Shown here piece by piece: positions 49,076 to 59,500 of a stretch of 64,000 nucleotides of DNA (the first letter of the stretch is position 1; the number at the start of each line of letters is the position of its first letter). This stretch comes from Takakia lepidozioides (lineage: Eukaryota; Plantae; Bryophyta): assembly GCA_030704615.1 (NCBI GenBank), contig CM060732.1:29636001-29700000 (forward strand). The letters run 5' to 3'. The notes beneath the pieces are model-generated. The model saw nothing but the letters and a program-made list of their open reading frames with translations. It did not search any database and was not told the origin of the DNA. A program made the translations under genes and the position numbers.

Positions 49076-49707
49076 GACGCTTCCCTACAAACAATATGGG
49101 ATATATCCCCAACAGATTTCTGCAGCGCTAAAGCTTGCTTCTAATTTGGTTTTTTTATTTTTGTACACCAGCCCCAGCAACCGGTGGGCGGGCCTTGAGG
49201 CCGAAACGGAAACCCCCTCTAGTCCTGCGCACATGACCAAGAAACGGGGCTGATCCGCTGGAAAAGTGGGCTGATCCGCCCTTGACACCGCTTCCCCGTG
49301 CTGATAGCGATATTCGCCCCGCGCCATCGCTCAGCCTGCGAGCTGATCCGACGAATAAAAGTAGATGAAAAAAAAAACCTTTTAGATGAAAAACAAAAGT
49401 TAGTTTTCATGTTAAAACAAAGCGTCTAGTCACCTAATGGCTCCACCCTAAAACTCTAAGTAGTAAATTTCCTTAAAATGTTATATTGAAATAACATAAT
49501 TACATATTCAAACTATATTTTAAACATATTCTACATAAGACAAAAATTTATTTCTTGTTTATTTATAAATAAAACCAGGGACAGAGGCCTGGTGAAACTA
49601 TTTTGGTATGAGTTAAATATTGATGTATAATATTATGAAACTGATATTTGGATTTACTAATTATTATTCAAATGCATTTGACACTGCTGAAATGCCTCTT
49701 GGCTTAA

Positions 49708-50753
49708 CCCCTAAAGGACGAGAGGTGTTTTTGGGTTTTTGGACAATTCCGGGACCCACCCTAACTCGTCAGCGGCTAGCTGCCCACCAACGTTCATCCA
49801 CTTTGATGAACCGTACAAACTGCTTTCTACCTACCAGATGCATAAACCCCCCAAATTTGGGGAGATTCAACCGTGTAGTTTGGGAGATTATAACATTTGA
49901 AGACGGTGCATTTTTTTGAAAATAGAAAAAACAAAGCAAAAGTTCATGTTTGACCAAGCAAATTATCTATGATCCCAAATTTTCCTGGGAGAAAAAGTGC
50001 TATATTCCTGTGAAGTGCACAATCCCAAACCCTCACACCAAATTTCACCCCAATCTGCCAAAATGAAAGGGGGGGTGCTTTGTATGTGACTAGAATGGGG
50101 GTCCAAAAAGAGACTTGCAAAGGAAATGGTATAGGCCCCATTGGGACCCCAAATTCTCCTTCATTTGGGAATTCCAACGGTCAGTCCCTCATAGGCCAAG
50201 AACTACACAAGCCTGCCCAAGAATTTCCCAAAAATTGCCTAAATCGCATTTGGGATGTGGGATTTTGTGAAATTTCCAGCCTCCTCCAGGTCAGGCAATC
50301 GGTGGCCGGAATTTCTCCTGAATCCGGTGACTTTTTCCGGGCCACACCGAGGTTTCCCATTATTTGCGAGGGCCAGCTCATTCCAGCTGTCTCCGTGTTT
50401 GTCGGCGTTTTGGGGAGGGCCTCACAAGCCCCCCACTCCAACCCCTGCCCCCGCCGCAAAATCCCACCCGCGTGGCCGCTGCCACCTGCCACGTCGACGG
50501 TCAACTGTCGTGCGCGCGCCCCCCCCCCCCCCCCCCCCCCAACCCACCCAAAATCCTGCAATTTCCAAACTTCAAAAAATTCCTGACGGCGGAGTTTTTC
50601 TCTTGTTGGGGGCGCCATAAAGACCTGCGTGTGCAGCTCGTTCAACGCTACATTTTTCGTTCAAGCCGCTCATTCATCGGACTTCATCTGTGCATGCTAC
50701 GGATGGATGAAAAATCGGGCCGACCCGATTCAGGTCGGCTCGTCGTTTAGGGG
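49708..50753. mobile_element. Non-autonomous piggyBac-type element, second family
   Basis: TTAA|CCCCTAAAGGACGAG ... CTCGTCGTTTAGGGG|TTAA (14/15-bp TIR; TTAA at 49704-49707 and 50754-50757). No transposase motifs. Confidence 0.85.
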
Positions 50754-51613
50754 TTAAAGTCCGTAGAGCCTTTTCCAATCGCACATAGCATCCAATCCAG
50801 AGAGAAACTGCACACAAAACATATGCAGCCAAATATTATATTCATAATGGGACCAAATGCCTAAGGTATTGTCCAGTGTTGGGCGGTTCTTGCCTTTGTG
50901 AAGGAACCTTCGGTTCCGGTTCCACAAATTTTTGAAGAGACGGTTCCGGATCCGGATCCGGTTATTTTTAATTAAGGCGGTTCCGATCCGGTTCAGGTTC
51001 TGACTTTTTAACATGGGGGCGGTTCCGGTTACCGGTTACCGGTTAGTTGCTGGAAAAAAAACACCGGTTCCCGGTTAGGTTCCGGTTCTTTTTAAAAAAT
51101 ATATTAAATTCTTTTAATTTTTTATTCTTCTGGAAAATTAGATGAACTGATCTGATTGGTCATACTGAGAATTTTCAACTAAAACCAGGGAATTTATTAG
51201 TAAAACAGAAGTAAATAAACTTATATGTTTTTTGTGATTGTCTTTTATGGTATATATAACTAGTTAAATACGCATGGTCTCCATTAAAAACGGAAAACCA
51301 AATATTTTATAAGTTTTCGTACGGTGTAGCAAAGAACAACTAAAACAAACTAACTACATAAGGATCTTAATTCAAAATACAAAACAAATTAAACATGTGT
51401 AATTCTATGGTTACCTTTTATGGTGCAGCAAAAGCACAACTAAAAAAAACTACATAAATTTGTTTTTTTTGGATGATGCTTTGTCAGTATAGCATACAAC
51501 AAACTAAGTACACGGGATATCACTGAAATTTTCAATAAAAATGACAAATAAACAAACTCCAATCAAAGGAGTATAATGTAATATGTTGAACAATAATTTA
51601 TCTCTAAGACAAA

Positions 51614-53947
51614 TCATTCTACCTCAAAGAGGTTTGCCTCTGCAATCAAGTCCTCATTCTCATCTAAGAGGACTTCTTCCCTATCCAAAAACTCTTTCAT
51701 GGAAGTACTAAAGCAACCAACTCTAGCATCATTTGGCCAATTCTTGACTACACTCACAAGCATATCAAGGTTTTCAATATTTAACCTACACCGTCTCAAG
51801 TTTGTTATGACACCTGCAATACTAAAAACCCTCTCAGCTTCAATCTGAGATCCAACTATGCCCAAGATTAGCCGTGCCAAAAATCCCACATACGGAAAGA
51901 GATACTCGTGTTCTTTCCACCATTTCAAAGGAGCCACGCACTCACCCTCAATTATCTTCGTCCTTCTGAAATGTGATAGTTGTTCTCTCACTACTGTCAA
52001 TGTCATGTCTTCATTGTGGTCATGCACACCAAATAAGGACATCTCGTCCATTGTGGAAGTGGGCTGTGATTGGGCCGGAGTATCCGGATGTAAGACCTTG
52101 AAACACTTTATCAAAAGAGGCTCTAACACCATGCTATCATATTGGGACACAATATGCAAAGCACGCTCTTTGCCCACATATTGTGATACCAATGACAACC
52201 CCTTGTAACGTGGGTCAAGCATAAGCGTGAGCATATTGTGAGCTTTGCGCGATTGAAACCCTTCCAAAAAAGAAAGAAATGGTTCCAAGACATATACCAC
52301 CTCTCGAGCCATCCGCCATTCCAACAATGTCAACTCTGTTGAGAAATCCCCCATGCAATGATCCACAGTTGCAGCCCTGGGAGCACTACTTCCTCGCATG
52401 CGAATTGTTGTGGCAATGGCTGCATTAAGAGCATCGGACAACAGCCAAAATCCCCCAGATTGATTCATAATGCACTCATGAACCACAGGCCCTAGAACTG
52501 TAGAAATTGATTGGGCAATGGCCCACACTTGTGGACTTGGTATGCGAGACTGCAGTGCCAATGAGGTTTGCCTAGAGTAACAAGTGATTATGGCTTGCCT
52601 AAACTCCAAAGTCTCTTGGAAGAGGATCACCTTGGAAGCAAACCGTGTCTTCACCGGAGTCTTCAGTTTGTGGGGATGAATGCCGCTGTCCACACATGCC
52701 TTTGCCCATTCTTGTCTCCCTTTGCCAATTTTTTTGGTCCAAGTAATGGTTTTTTGCAACTTTGATTGGGCATTTTTTATAGAAACCGATCTCATATCTG
52801 CGCATATTTTTGCATCATTTGTTGCATACTGGCAACACTTGGACATTGCATGCCCAAAACAGCTACCCACAAATGGAGAATCCAACCCCAAACACGCATA
52901 TGAAGCATTGGTCAAAGTGGCCAAGTTACCTCCCTCATCTTTGACGTAAGCAATAATGCGAGTATTGAGGCCATACTTCACAAGAAGATTGTTGACTTGA
53001 TGTGCCATGGCAGCCCCAGATATGTCAGGTGTCTCAAACATGCCAAGAGTCACATGACATTGCTCCCACTGTTCATTAATAAAGTGCGCTATGATGACAA
53101 AAGTGTCAGTTCCCCCTCTTGACGTCCACAAATCAAAACTCACGGAGCAAGTAGCACAACTCTGAAGAGATGGGGACATGTAGCGTTCTTTCGTCTTCTC
53201 TGCCAAGATTGGAATGGCCTCATTCACAAATGTCCGTCGAGAAGGGAAAACAATCCGAGGATTTTGCCTCAACACCATCCTTCTTAGCCAAGGGGATTCT
53301 ACCAAAGACAGTGGAACCAACTCCTTTGCAATGAACAAGACTAAATCCTCATTGAACTGCTTCTGTTGATCATCATTTTGGTTGTATGGAGTGGAGCTCC
53401 CAAAAAAGGAAACTATGTTTCCAGGAGTGGGGCTGGGCCTCTTTTTTGCTAGCCTACGGGCCTTCTCAGGTCCTTCATTTTCCCTCTCAATCCACCTACG
53501 CAAAACAATGTCATGTTCTTGATCCACATGCTTTCGAAGGGCAGAGATACCATTGGTTTTATTATAGGTCACAATGCCCTTCTTGCTTGCAGGAGTGACA
53601 CCAACATGATGACATAGAACACACCTCATTTGTTGTGGATTTGTTATGTCCACTGGAGCAGAGTCTTTTGTTGCATAGAATGCCCATGTCGAAGCAGTGC
53701 GATTGTGGGGCTTCCAAAAATCCCGTTGTTTTTCAAGTACTGGGAGCTGCGCCTCCACATCCAACACCGTGTGTGATGGCGAAACTGTGGAAGATGACAT
53801 TGCAGCCGAGGCTTGATGAGCTGATATAAATGAGATTGCATGATGAGCATCCTCCGTAACATGGCACTCCACCAAAGCTCTCTCATTATCAACTTTGACG
53901 TCAAGAACAACTTCCCTTTCTAGTTCATCGAAAATATTGGGCTCCAT
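51614..53947 (-). CDS. hAT transposase with BED zinc finger, 777 aa
   Basis: BED finger (WAFY..CVLC..GISALRKHVDQEH), catalytic SVSFDLWTS and YVKDEGGNL, CFGH (CxxH), MLDPRYK, and the hATC dimerization region PLKWWK..QIEAERVFS. Confidence 0.95.
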   Translation of the reverse strand: MEPNIFDELEREVVLDVKVDNERALVECHVTEDAHHAISFISAHQASAAMSSSTVSPSHTVLDVEAQLPVLEKQRDFWKPHNRTASTWAFYATKDSAPVDITNPQQMRCVLCHHVGVTPASKKGIVTYNKTNGISALRKHVDQEHDIVLRRWIERENEGPEKARRLAKKRPSPTPGNIVSFFGSSTPYNQNDDQQKQFNEDLVLFIAKELVPLSLVESPWLRRMVLRQNPRIVFPSRRTFVNEAIPILAEKTKERYMSPSLQSCATCSVSFDLWTSRGGTDTFVIIAHFINEQWEQCHVTLGMFETPDISGAAMAHQVNNLLVKYGLNTRIIAYVKDEGGNLATLTNASYACLGLDSPFVGSCFGHAMSKCCQYATNDAKICADMRSVSIKNAQSKLQKTITWTKKIGKGRQEWAKACVDSGIHPHKLKTPVKTRFASKVILFQETLEFRQAIITCYSRQTSLALQSRIPSPQVWAIAQSISTVLGPVVHECIMNQSGGFWLLSDALNAAIATTIRMRGSSAPRAATVDHCMGDFSTELTLLEWRMAREVVYVLEPFLSFLEGFQSRKAHNMLTLMLDPRYKGLSLVSQYVGKERALHIVSQYDSMVLEPLLIKCFKVLHPDTPAQSQPTSTMDEMSLFGVHDHNEDMTLTVVREQLSHFRRTKIIEGECVAPLKWWKEHEYLFPYVGFLARLILGIVGSQIEAERVFSIAGVITNLRRCRLNIENLDMLVSVVKNWPNDARVGCFSTSMKEFLDREEVLLDENEDLIAEANLFEVE

Positions 53948-54389
53948 GACATAAAAAGCTTGTGGAACAACTCATGTGTAAAAACAATGCAAACAAAGAA
54001 TCCAAAAGGCATTTAATAATTGTGCACAACTCATATATTTACAAAAATTTGGAATGGTATATGGCTGGCCAAAACGAAAGTGTGGGGAGAGACACCGCAC
54101 TGCTCAATTTATTATTTCATATTGAGCTGAATGTTACATACATGGCCCACATTTAGATCTACGTTATTTTTTTTATCTAGTACATGTACATTTACATTTT
54201 CAAATTACAAAAACTACCTAGCAAGTTGGGGGTGGACCAGTCTTATGCTTCAGTGGTCAGCTTGGCTACTTCATGCCTTGGGAGATGATCTGCAATGCCC
54301 CCACCACATATAAATAAATCAGTCCTTGTTGTACCACAACATGAAGAGTTATAACTAAAAATTATGAAGCTTTAAAGTGGGGTGATTGT

Positions 54390-56060
54390 CCACAAGAGGT
54401 AGGGGCTGGCTGTCAAGCCTTCTTGATATTTGTGCTCCCCTTTCCGAGTTCAAACTTTCACTATGAGAGGAGGAGCAAATCATCCCTCTGTTGTACCACA
54501 CATTGGAAAAAATAAAATAAAAAACTAAGCTATTAAAGGGTGGGGGCTTACCATAGGATGAGGGGGCTGGTTAGCGGGCTCTAAACTCGCACTCCTCCTT
54601 CTTGTGTGTGATCTACATAGCAACAGAGTAGGGGGCTGATCAGCCCCTTGCTATGCCAATTTTCTAAAAAAAAATATATATGCAACATTGAATTAGGGGC
54701 ATGCTTACATGTGTGGTGGAACGGGGGCTGGTTGGCAGGCCTCCCTACTTGCCCTCTTTCCCTCCCATGCACGATCTACAATAGCAAAAGAGCAAGGGGC
54801 TAATCAGCTCCTCTTATATCACAAACTTAAAATAATTAAGAAAATAAAGAACAATGAAGGGGAAGTACACGCGGGTAATGGGGCTGGTTGGCGGGTCAAG
54901 AGGCCTCCTATTTCTGCTCCCTTCCCGAGTGCAACATATCACTATGAGGAAGGGCGAATCAGCCTTTTGTTGTACCACACATTGGAAAGAATAACATTAA
55001 AAAACTAAGATAAAGGGTGGGGGCTTACTACAAGATGAGAGGGGCTGGTTGACGTGCTTTTTTACTTGCACTAGACGTCCTTCTTGTGTGTGATCTGCAT
55101 TAGCAACGGCTAATCAGCCCTTGCTATACCAATTTTATGGGGGGAAAAAATGAAGGGGGATGCTTACATGTGCGGTGCAAGAGGGGCTGGTTGGCCAGCC
55201 TTCCTACTTGCCCTCCTTTCCCTCCTATGCACGATCAGCCGTAGCGCAAGAGCAATGGGCTAATCAGCCCCTCTTTTAACAAAAATTTAAACAACTAAAA
55301 AAATAAAGCTCAATGAAAGGGAGTTACAAGCGGGTAATGGTGGCTGGTTGGCAGGTCCCTCCCTACTTTGGGCTCCCTCCCTCTCATGCAGAATCTGCTA
55401 TAATAGAAGCCACAGGGGCTATCTTATCAACCCCCAATTGGAATTAAAAAAATTTAAAGAAAGGGAAGATACTTACCAGTGGGTAATGTGGGCTGGTTGG
55501 CGGGCCCCTCTTTGCTTGTGCTCCCTCCAATGTAAAATCTACCATAGTGGAGCAAGGGGCTATCAGCCCCTTGGTATATCATCAAAGAAAACAGGAAAAA
55601 AAAAAGAAAAAAAAGAAGAATGATGAGCAATGATTACCATGGACCAAGGGGCCTGGTTGCAGGTGGGCCCTCCTTACTCGTCCTCCCTACCTCTTGCACC
55701 ACATGCCATAGCAGAAAAGGAGGAAGCTGATTAGCTTCATGGTGAACTAAAAGCTAAAAATAGTAAAATAACCAAAAGTGGTGGATGCTTACCAACAAGG
55801 GGCTGGTTGACGACGGGGCTAGGTTGCGCGGGCCCTCCTGCTGGCACTTCCTCCCTCCAATGCGCCACTTACCACAATACAAGAGCATGGGGCCATTAGC
55901 TCCGCTGAACCAAAAAATTAAAAAAAAACAAGAACATGGTGGATGCTCACCAACAACAAGCGACGGCTGGTTGGCGGGGCCCTCCTGCTCACACTCCCTC
56001 CCTTTGTGTCCACCACCTGCCACAGCAGCAGAAGAGAGATCAGCCCCCTCTTGTGCGATA
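54390..56060 (-). repeat. About 11 degenerate ~155-bp tandem units inside the hAT 5' region (mirror at ~56980-58640)
   Basis: CAACCAGCCCC core followed by GTAAG-like sites at 57084, 57241, 57396, 57557, 57706, 57865, 58003, 58164, 58324 and 58481 in the right copy. A 3-unit higher-order repeat is visible. Confidence 0.85.
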
Positions 56061-56536
56061 AACTGAGAAGAAAAGAAACAAACAACACATTAAATCAATC
56101 AACCTAAGAGGGAAAGAGAATGGAGATGGAGATGAAATGAGAGCGAGAGAGAAATCAAACAATAAAGTAGAAGATGGAGACATGGAACACAAACCTTACC
56201 TGGACTGGAGTAGCGAGCAAGATGTATGCGAGAGAGAGCGAGCTGGATGAGTTGTAGAGACACTTAGGGCTACAGCCCATGGGTGGAACCGGAACCGGAA
56301 CCGCTTTGGAGTCCCCAAACCCGGTTCCCACACATGTGGTCGTAGCTGGAACCGCCGGTTCCGGTTCCTACGCAATCCCCAATTTCCGGTTCCGGTTCTG
56401 CACAGGCGGGTCCGGTTCCGGTCCGGTTCCACATAACCGGAACCGAAACCGGCGGTTACCCGGGGCCCAGGCGGGTAACCGCCCAACACTGGAAATAACT
56501 TCCTACAAATCCTAAACGGTTGATAAGGGACAATAC

Positions 56537-59500
56537 CAGTGTTGGGCGGTTACCCGCCTGGGCCCCGAGTAACCGCCGGTTCCGGTTCCGGTTATGTGGA
56601 ACCGGACCGGAACCGGACCCGCCTGTGCAGAACCGGAACCGGAACCGGAAATTGGGGATTGCTTGGGAACCGGAACCGGCGGTTCCAGCTATGACCACAT
56701 GTGTGGGAACCGGGTTTGGGGACTCCAAAGCGGTTCCGGTTCCGGTTCCACCCATGGGCTGTAGCCCTAAGTGTCTCTACAACTCATCCAGCTCGCTCTC
56801 TCTCGCATACATCTTGCTCGCTACTCCAGTCCAGGTAAGGTTTGTGTTCCATGTCTCCATCTTCTACTTTATTGTTTGATTTCTCTCTCGCTCTCATTTC
56901 ATCTCCATCTCCATTCTCTTTCCCTCTTAGGTTGATTGATTTAATGTGTTGTTTGTTTCTTTTCTTCTCAGTTTATCGCACAAGAGGGGGCTGATCTCTC
57001 TTCTGCTGTTGTGGCAGGTGGTGGACACAAAGGGAGGGAGTGTGAGCAGGAGGGCCCCGCCAACCAGCCGTCGCTTGTTGTTGGTGAGCATCCACCATGT
57101 TCTTGTTTTTTTTTAATTTTTTGGTTCAGCGGAGCTAATGGCCCCATGCTCTTGTATTGTGGTAAGTGGCGCATTGGAGGGAGGAAGTGCCAGCAGGAGG
57201 GCCCGCGCAACCAGCCCCGTCGTCAACCAGCCCCTTGTTGGTAAGCATCCACCACTTTTGGTTATTTTACTATTTTTAGCTTTTAGTTCACCATGAAGCT
57301 AATCAGCTTCCTCCTTTTCTGCTATGGCATGTGGTGCAAGAGGTAGGGAGGACGAGTAAGGAGGGCCCACCTGCAACCAGGCCCCTTGGTCCATGGTAAT
57401 CATTGCTCATCATTCTTCTTTTTTTTCTTTTTTTTTTCCTGTTTTCTTTGATGATATACCAAGGGGCTGATAGCCCCTTGCTCCACTATGGTAGATTTTA
57501 CATTGGAGGGAGCACAAGCAAAGAGGGGCCCGCCAACCAGCCCACATTACCCACTGGTAAGTATCTTCCCTTTCTTTAAATTTTTTTAATTCCAATTGGG
57601 GGTTGATAAGATAGCCCCTGTGGCTTCTATTATAGCAGATTCTGCATGAGAGGGAGGGAGCCCAAAGTAGGGAGGGACCTGCCAACCAGCCACCATTACC
57701 CGCTTGTAACTCCCTTTCATTGAGCTTTATTTTTTAGTTGTTTAAATTTTTGTTAAAAGAGGGGCTGATTAGCCCATTGCTCTTGCGCTACGGCTGATCG
57801 TGCATAGGAGGGAAAGGAGGGCAAGTAGGAAGGCTGGCCAACCAGCCCCTCTTGCACCGCACATGTAAGCATCCCCCTTCATTTTTTCCCCCCATAAAAT
57901 TGGTATAGCAAGGGCTGATTAGCCGTTGCTAATGCAGATCACACACAAGAAGGACGTCTAGTGCAAGTAAAAAAGCACGTCAACCAGCCCTCTCATCTTG
58001 TAGTAAGCCCCCACCCTTTATCTTAGTTTTTTAATGTTATTCTTTCCAATGTGTGGTACAACAAAAGGCTGATTCGCCCTTCCTCATAGTGATATGTTGC
58101 ACTCGGGAAGGGAGCAGAAATAGGAGGCCTCTTGACCCGCCAACCAGCCCCCATTACCCGCGTGTACTTCCCCTTCATTGTTCTTTATTTTCTTAATTAT
58201 TTTAAGTTTGTGATATAAGAGGAGCTGATTAGCCCCTTGCTCTTTTGCTATTGTAGATCGTGCATGGGAGGGAAAGAGGGCAAGTAGGGAGGCCTGCCAA
58301 CCAGCCCCCGTTCCACCACACATGTAAGCATGCCCCTAATTCAATGTTGCATATTTTTTTTTTCTTAGAAAATTGGCATAGCAAGGGGCTGATCAGCCCC
58401 CTACTCTGTTGCTATGTAGATCACACACAAGAAGGAGGAGTGCGAGTTTAGAGCCCGCTAACCAGCCCCCTCATCCTATGGTAAGCCCCCACCCTTTAAT
58501 AGCTTAGTTTTTTATTTTATTTTTTCCAATGTGTGGTACAACAGAGGGATGATTTGCTCCTCCTCTCATAGTGAAAGTTTGAACTCGGAAAGGGGCACAA
58601 ATATCAAGAAGGCTTGACAGCCAGCCCCTACCTCTTGTGGACAATCACCCTACTTTAAAGCTTCATAATTTTTAGTTATAACTCTTCATGTTGTGGTACA
58701 ACAAGGACTGATTTATTTATATGTGGTGGGGGCATTGCAGATCATCTCCCAAGGCATGAAGTAGCCAAGCTGACCACTGAAGCATAAGACTGGTCCACCC
58801 CCAACTTGCTAGGTAGTTTTTGTAATTTGAAAATGTAAATGTACATGTACTAGATAAAAAAAATAACGTAGATCTAAATGTGGGCCATGTATGTAACATT
58901 CAGCTCAATATGAAATAATAAATTGAGCAGTGCGGTGTCTCTCCCCACACTTTCGTTTTGGCCAGCCATATACCATTCCAAACTTTTGTAAATATATGAG
59001 TTGTGCACAATTATTAAATGTCTTTTGGATTCTTTGTTTGCATTGTTTTTACACAGGAGTTGTTCCACAAGCTTTTTATGTCATGGAGCCCAATATTTTC
59101 GATGAACTAGAAAGGGAAGTTGTTCTTGACGTCAAAGTTGATAATGAGAGAGCTTTGGTGGAGTGCCATGTTGCGGAGGATGCTCATCATGCAATCTCAT
59201 TTATATCAGCTCATCAAGCCTCGGCTGCAATGTCATCTTCCACAGTTTCCCATCACACACGGTGTTGGATGTGGAGGCGCAGCTCCCAGTACTTGAAAAA
59301 CAACGGGATTTTTGGAAGCCCCACAATCGCACTGCTTCGACATGGGCATTCTATGCAACAAAAGACTCTGCACCATTGGACATAACAAATCCACAACAAA
59401 TGAGGTGTGTTCTATGTCATCATGTTGGTGTCACTCCTGCAAGCAAGAAGGGCATTGTGACCTATAATAAAACCAATGGTATCTCTGCCCTTCGAAAGCA

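Larger units (their letters stand above)
50874..56491 (-). mobile_element. hAT transposon, left copy with intact transposase ORF
   Basis: TIRs CAGTGTTGGGCGGTT / AACCGCCCAACACTG and dense subterminal GGAACC/CCGGTT motifs. Flanks GTATTGTC and GAAATAAC do not form a TSD. Confidence 0.95.

Noticed and set aside
49081-49095. CTTCCCTACAAA resembling CTTCCTACAAA in the palindrome spacer, as TIRs of an older host element
   Set aside because: Match is about 11 bp with an indel and no TSD, so chance cannot be excluded.
50080-50750. Overlapping Pro/Gly-rich ORFs in the non-autonomous piggyBac
   Set aside because: By-products of GC-rich sequence and a poly-C tract whose length differs between the arms.
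54390-58640. Regularly spaced repeats as a CRISPR-like array
   Set aside because: Whole units are homologous and degenerate, with no unique spacers or cas genes, in a eukaryotic transposon.
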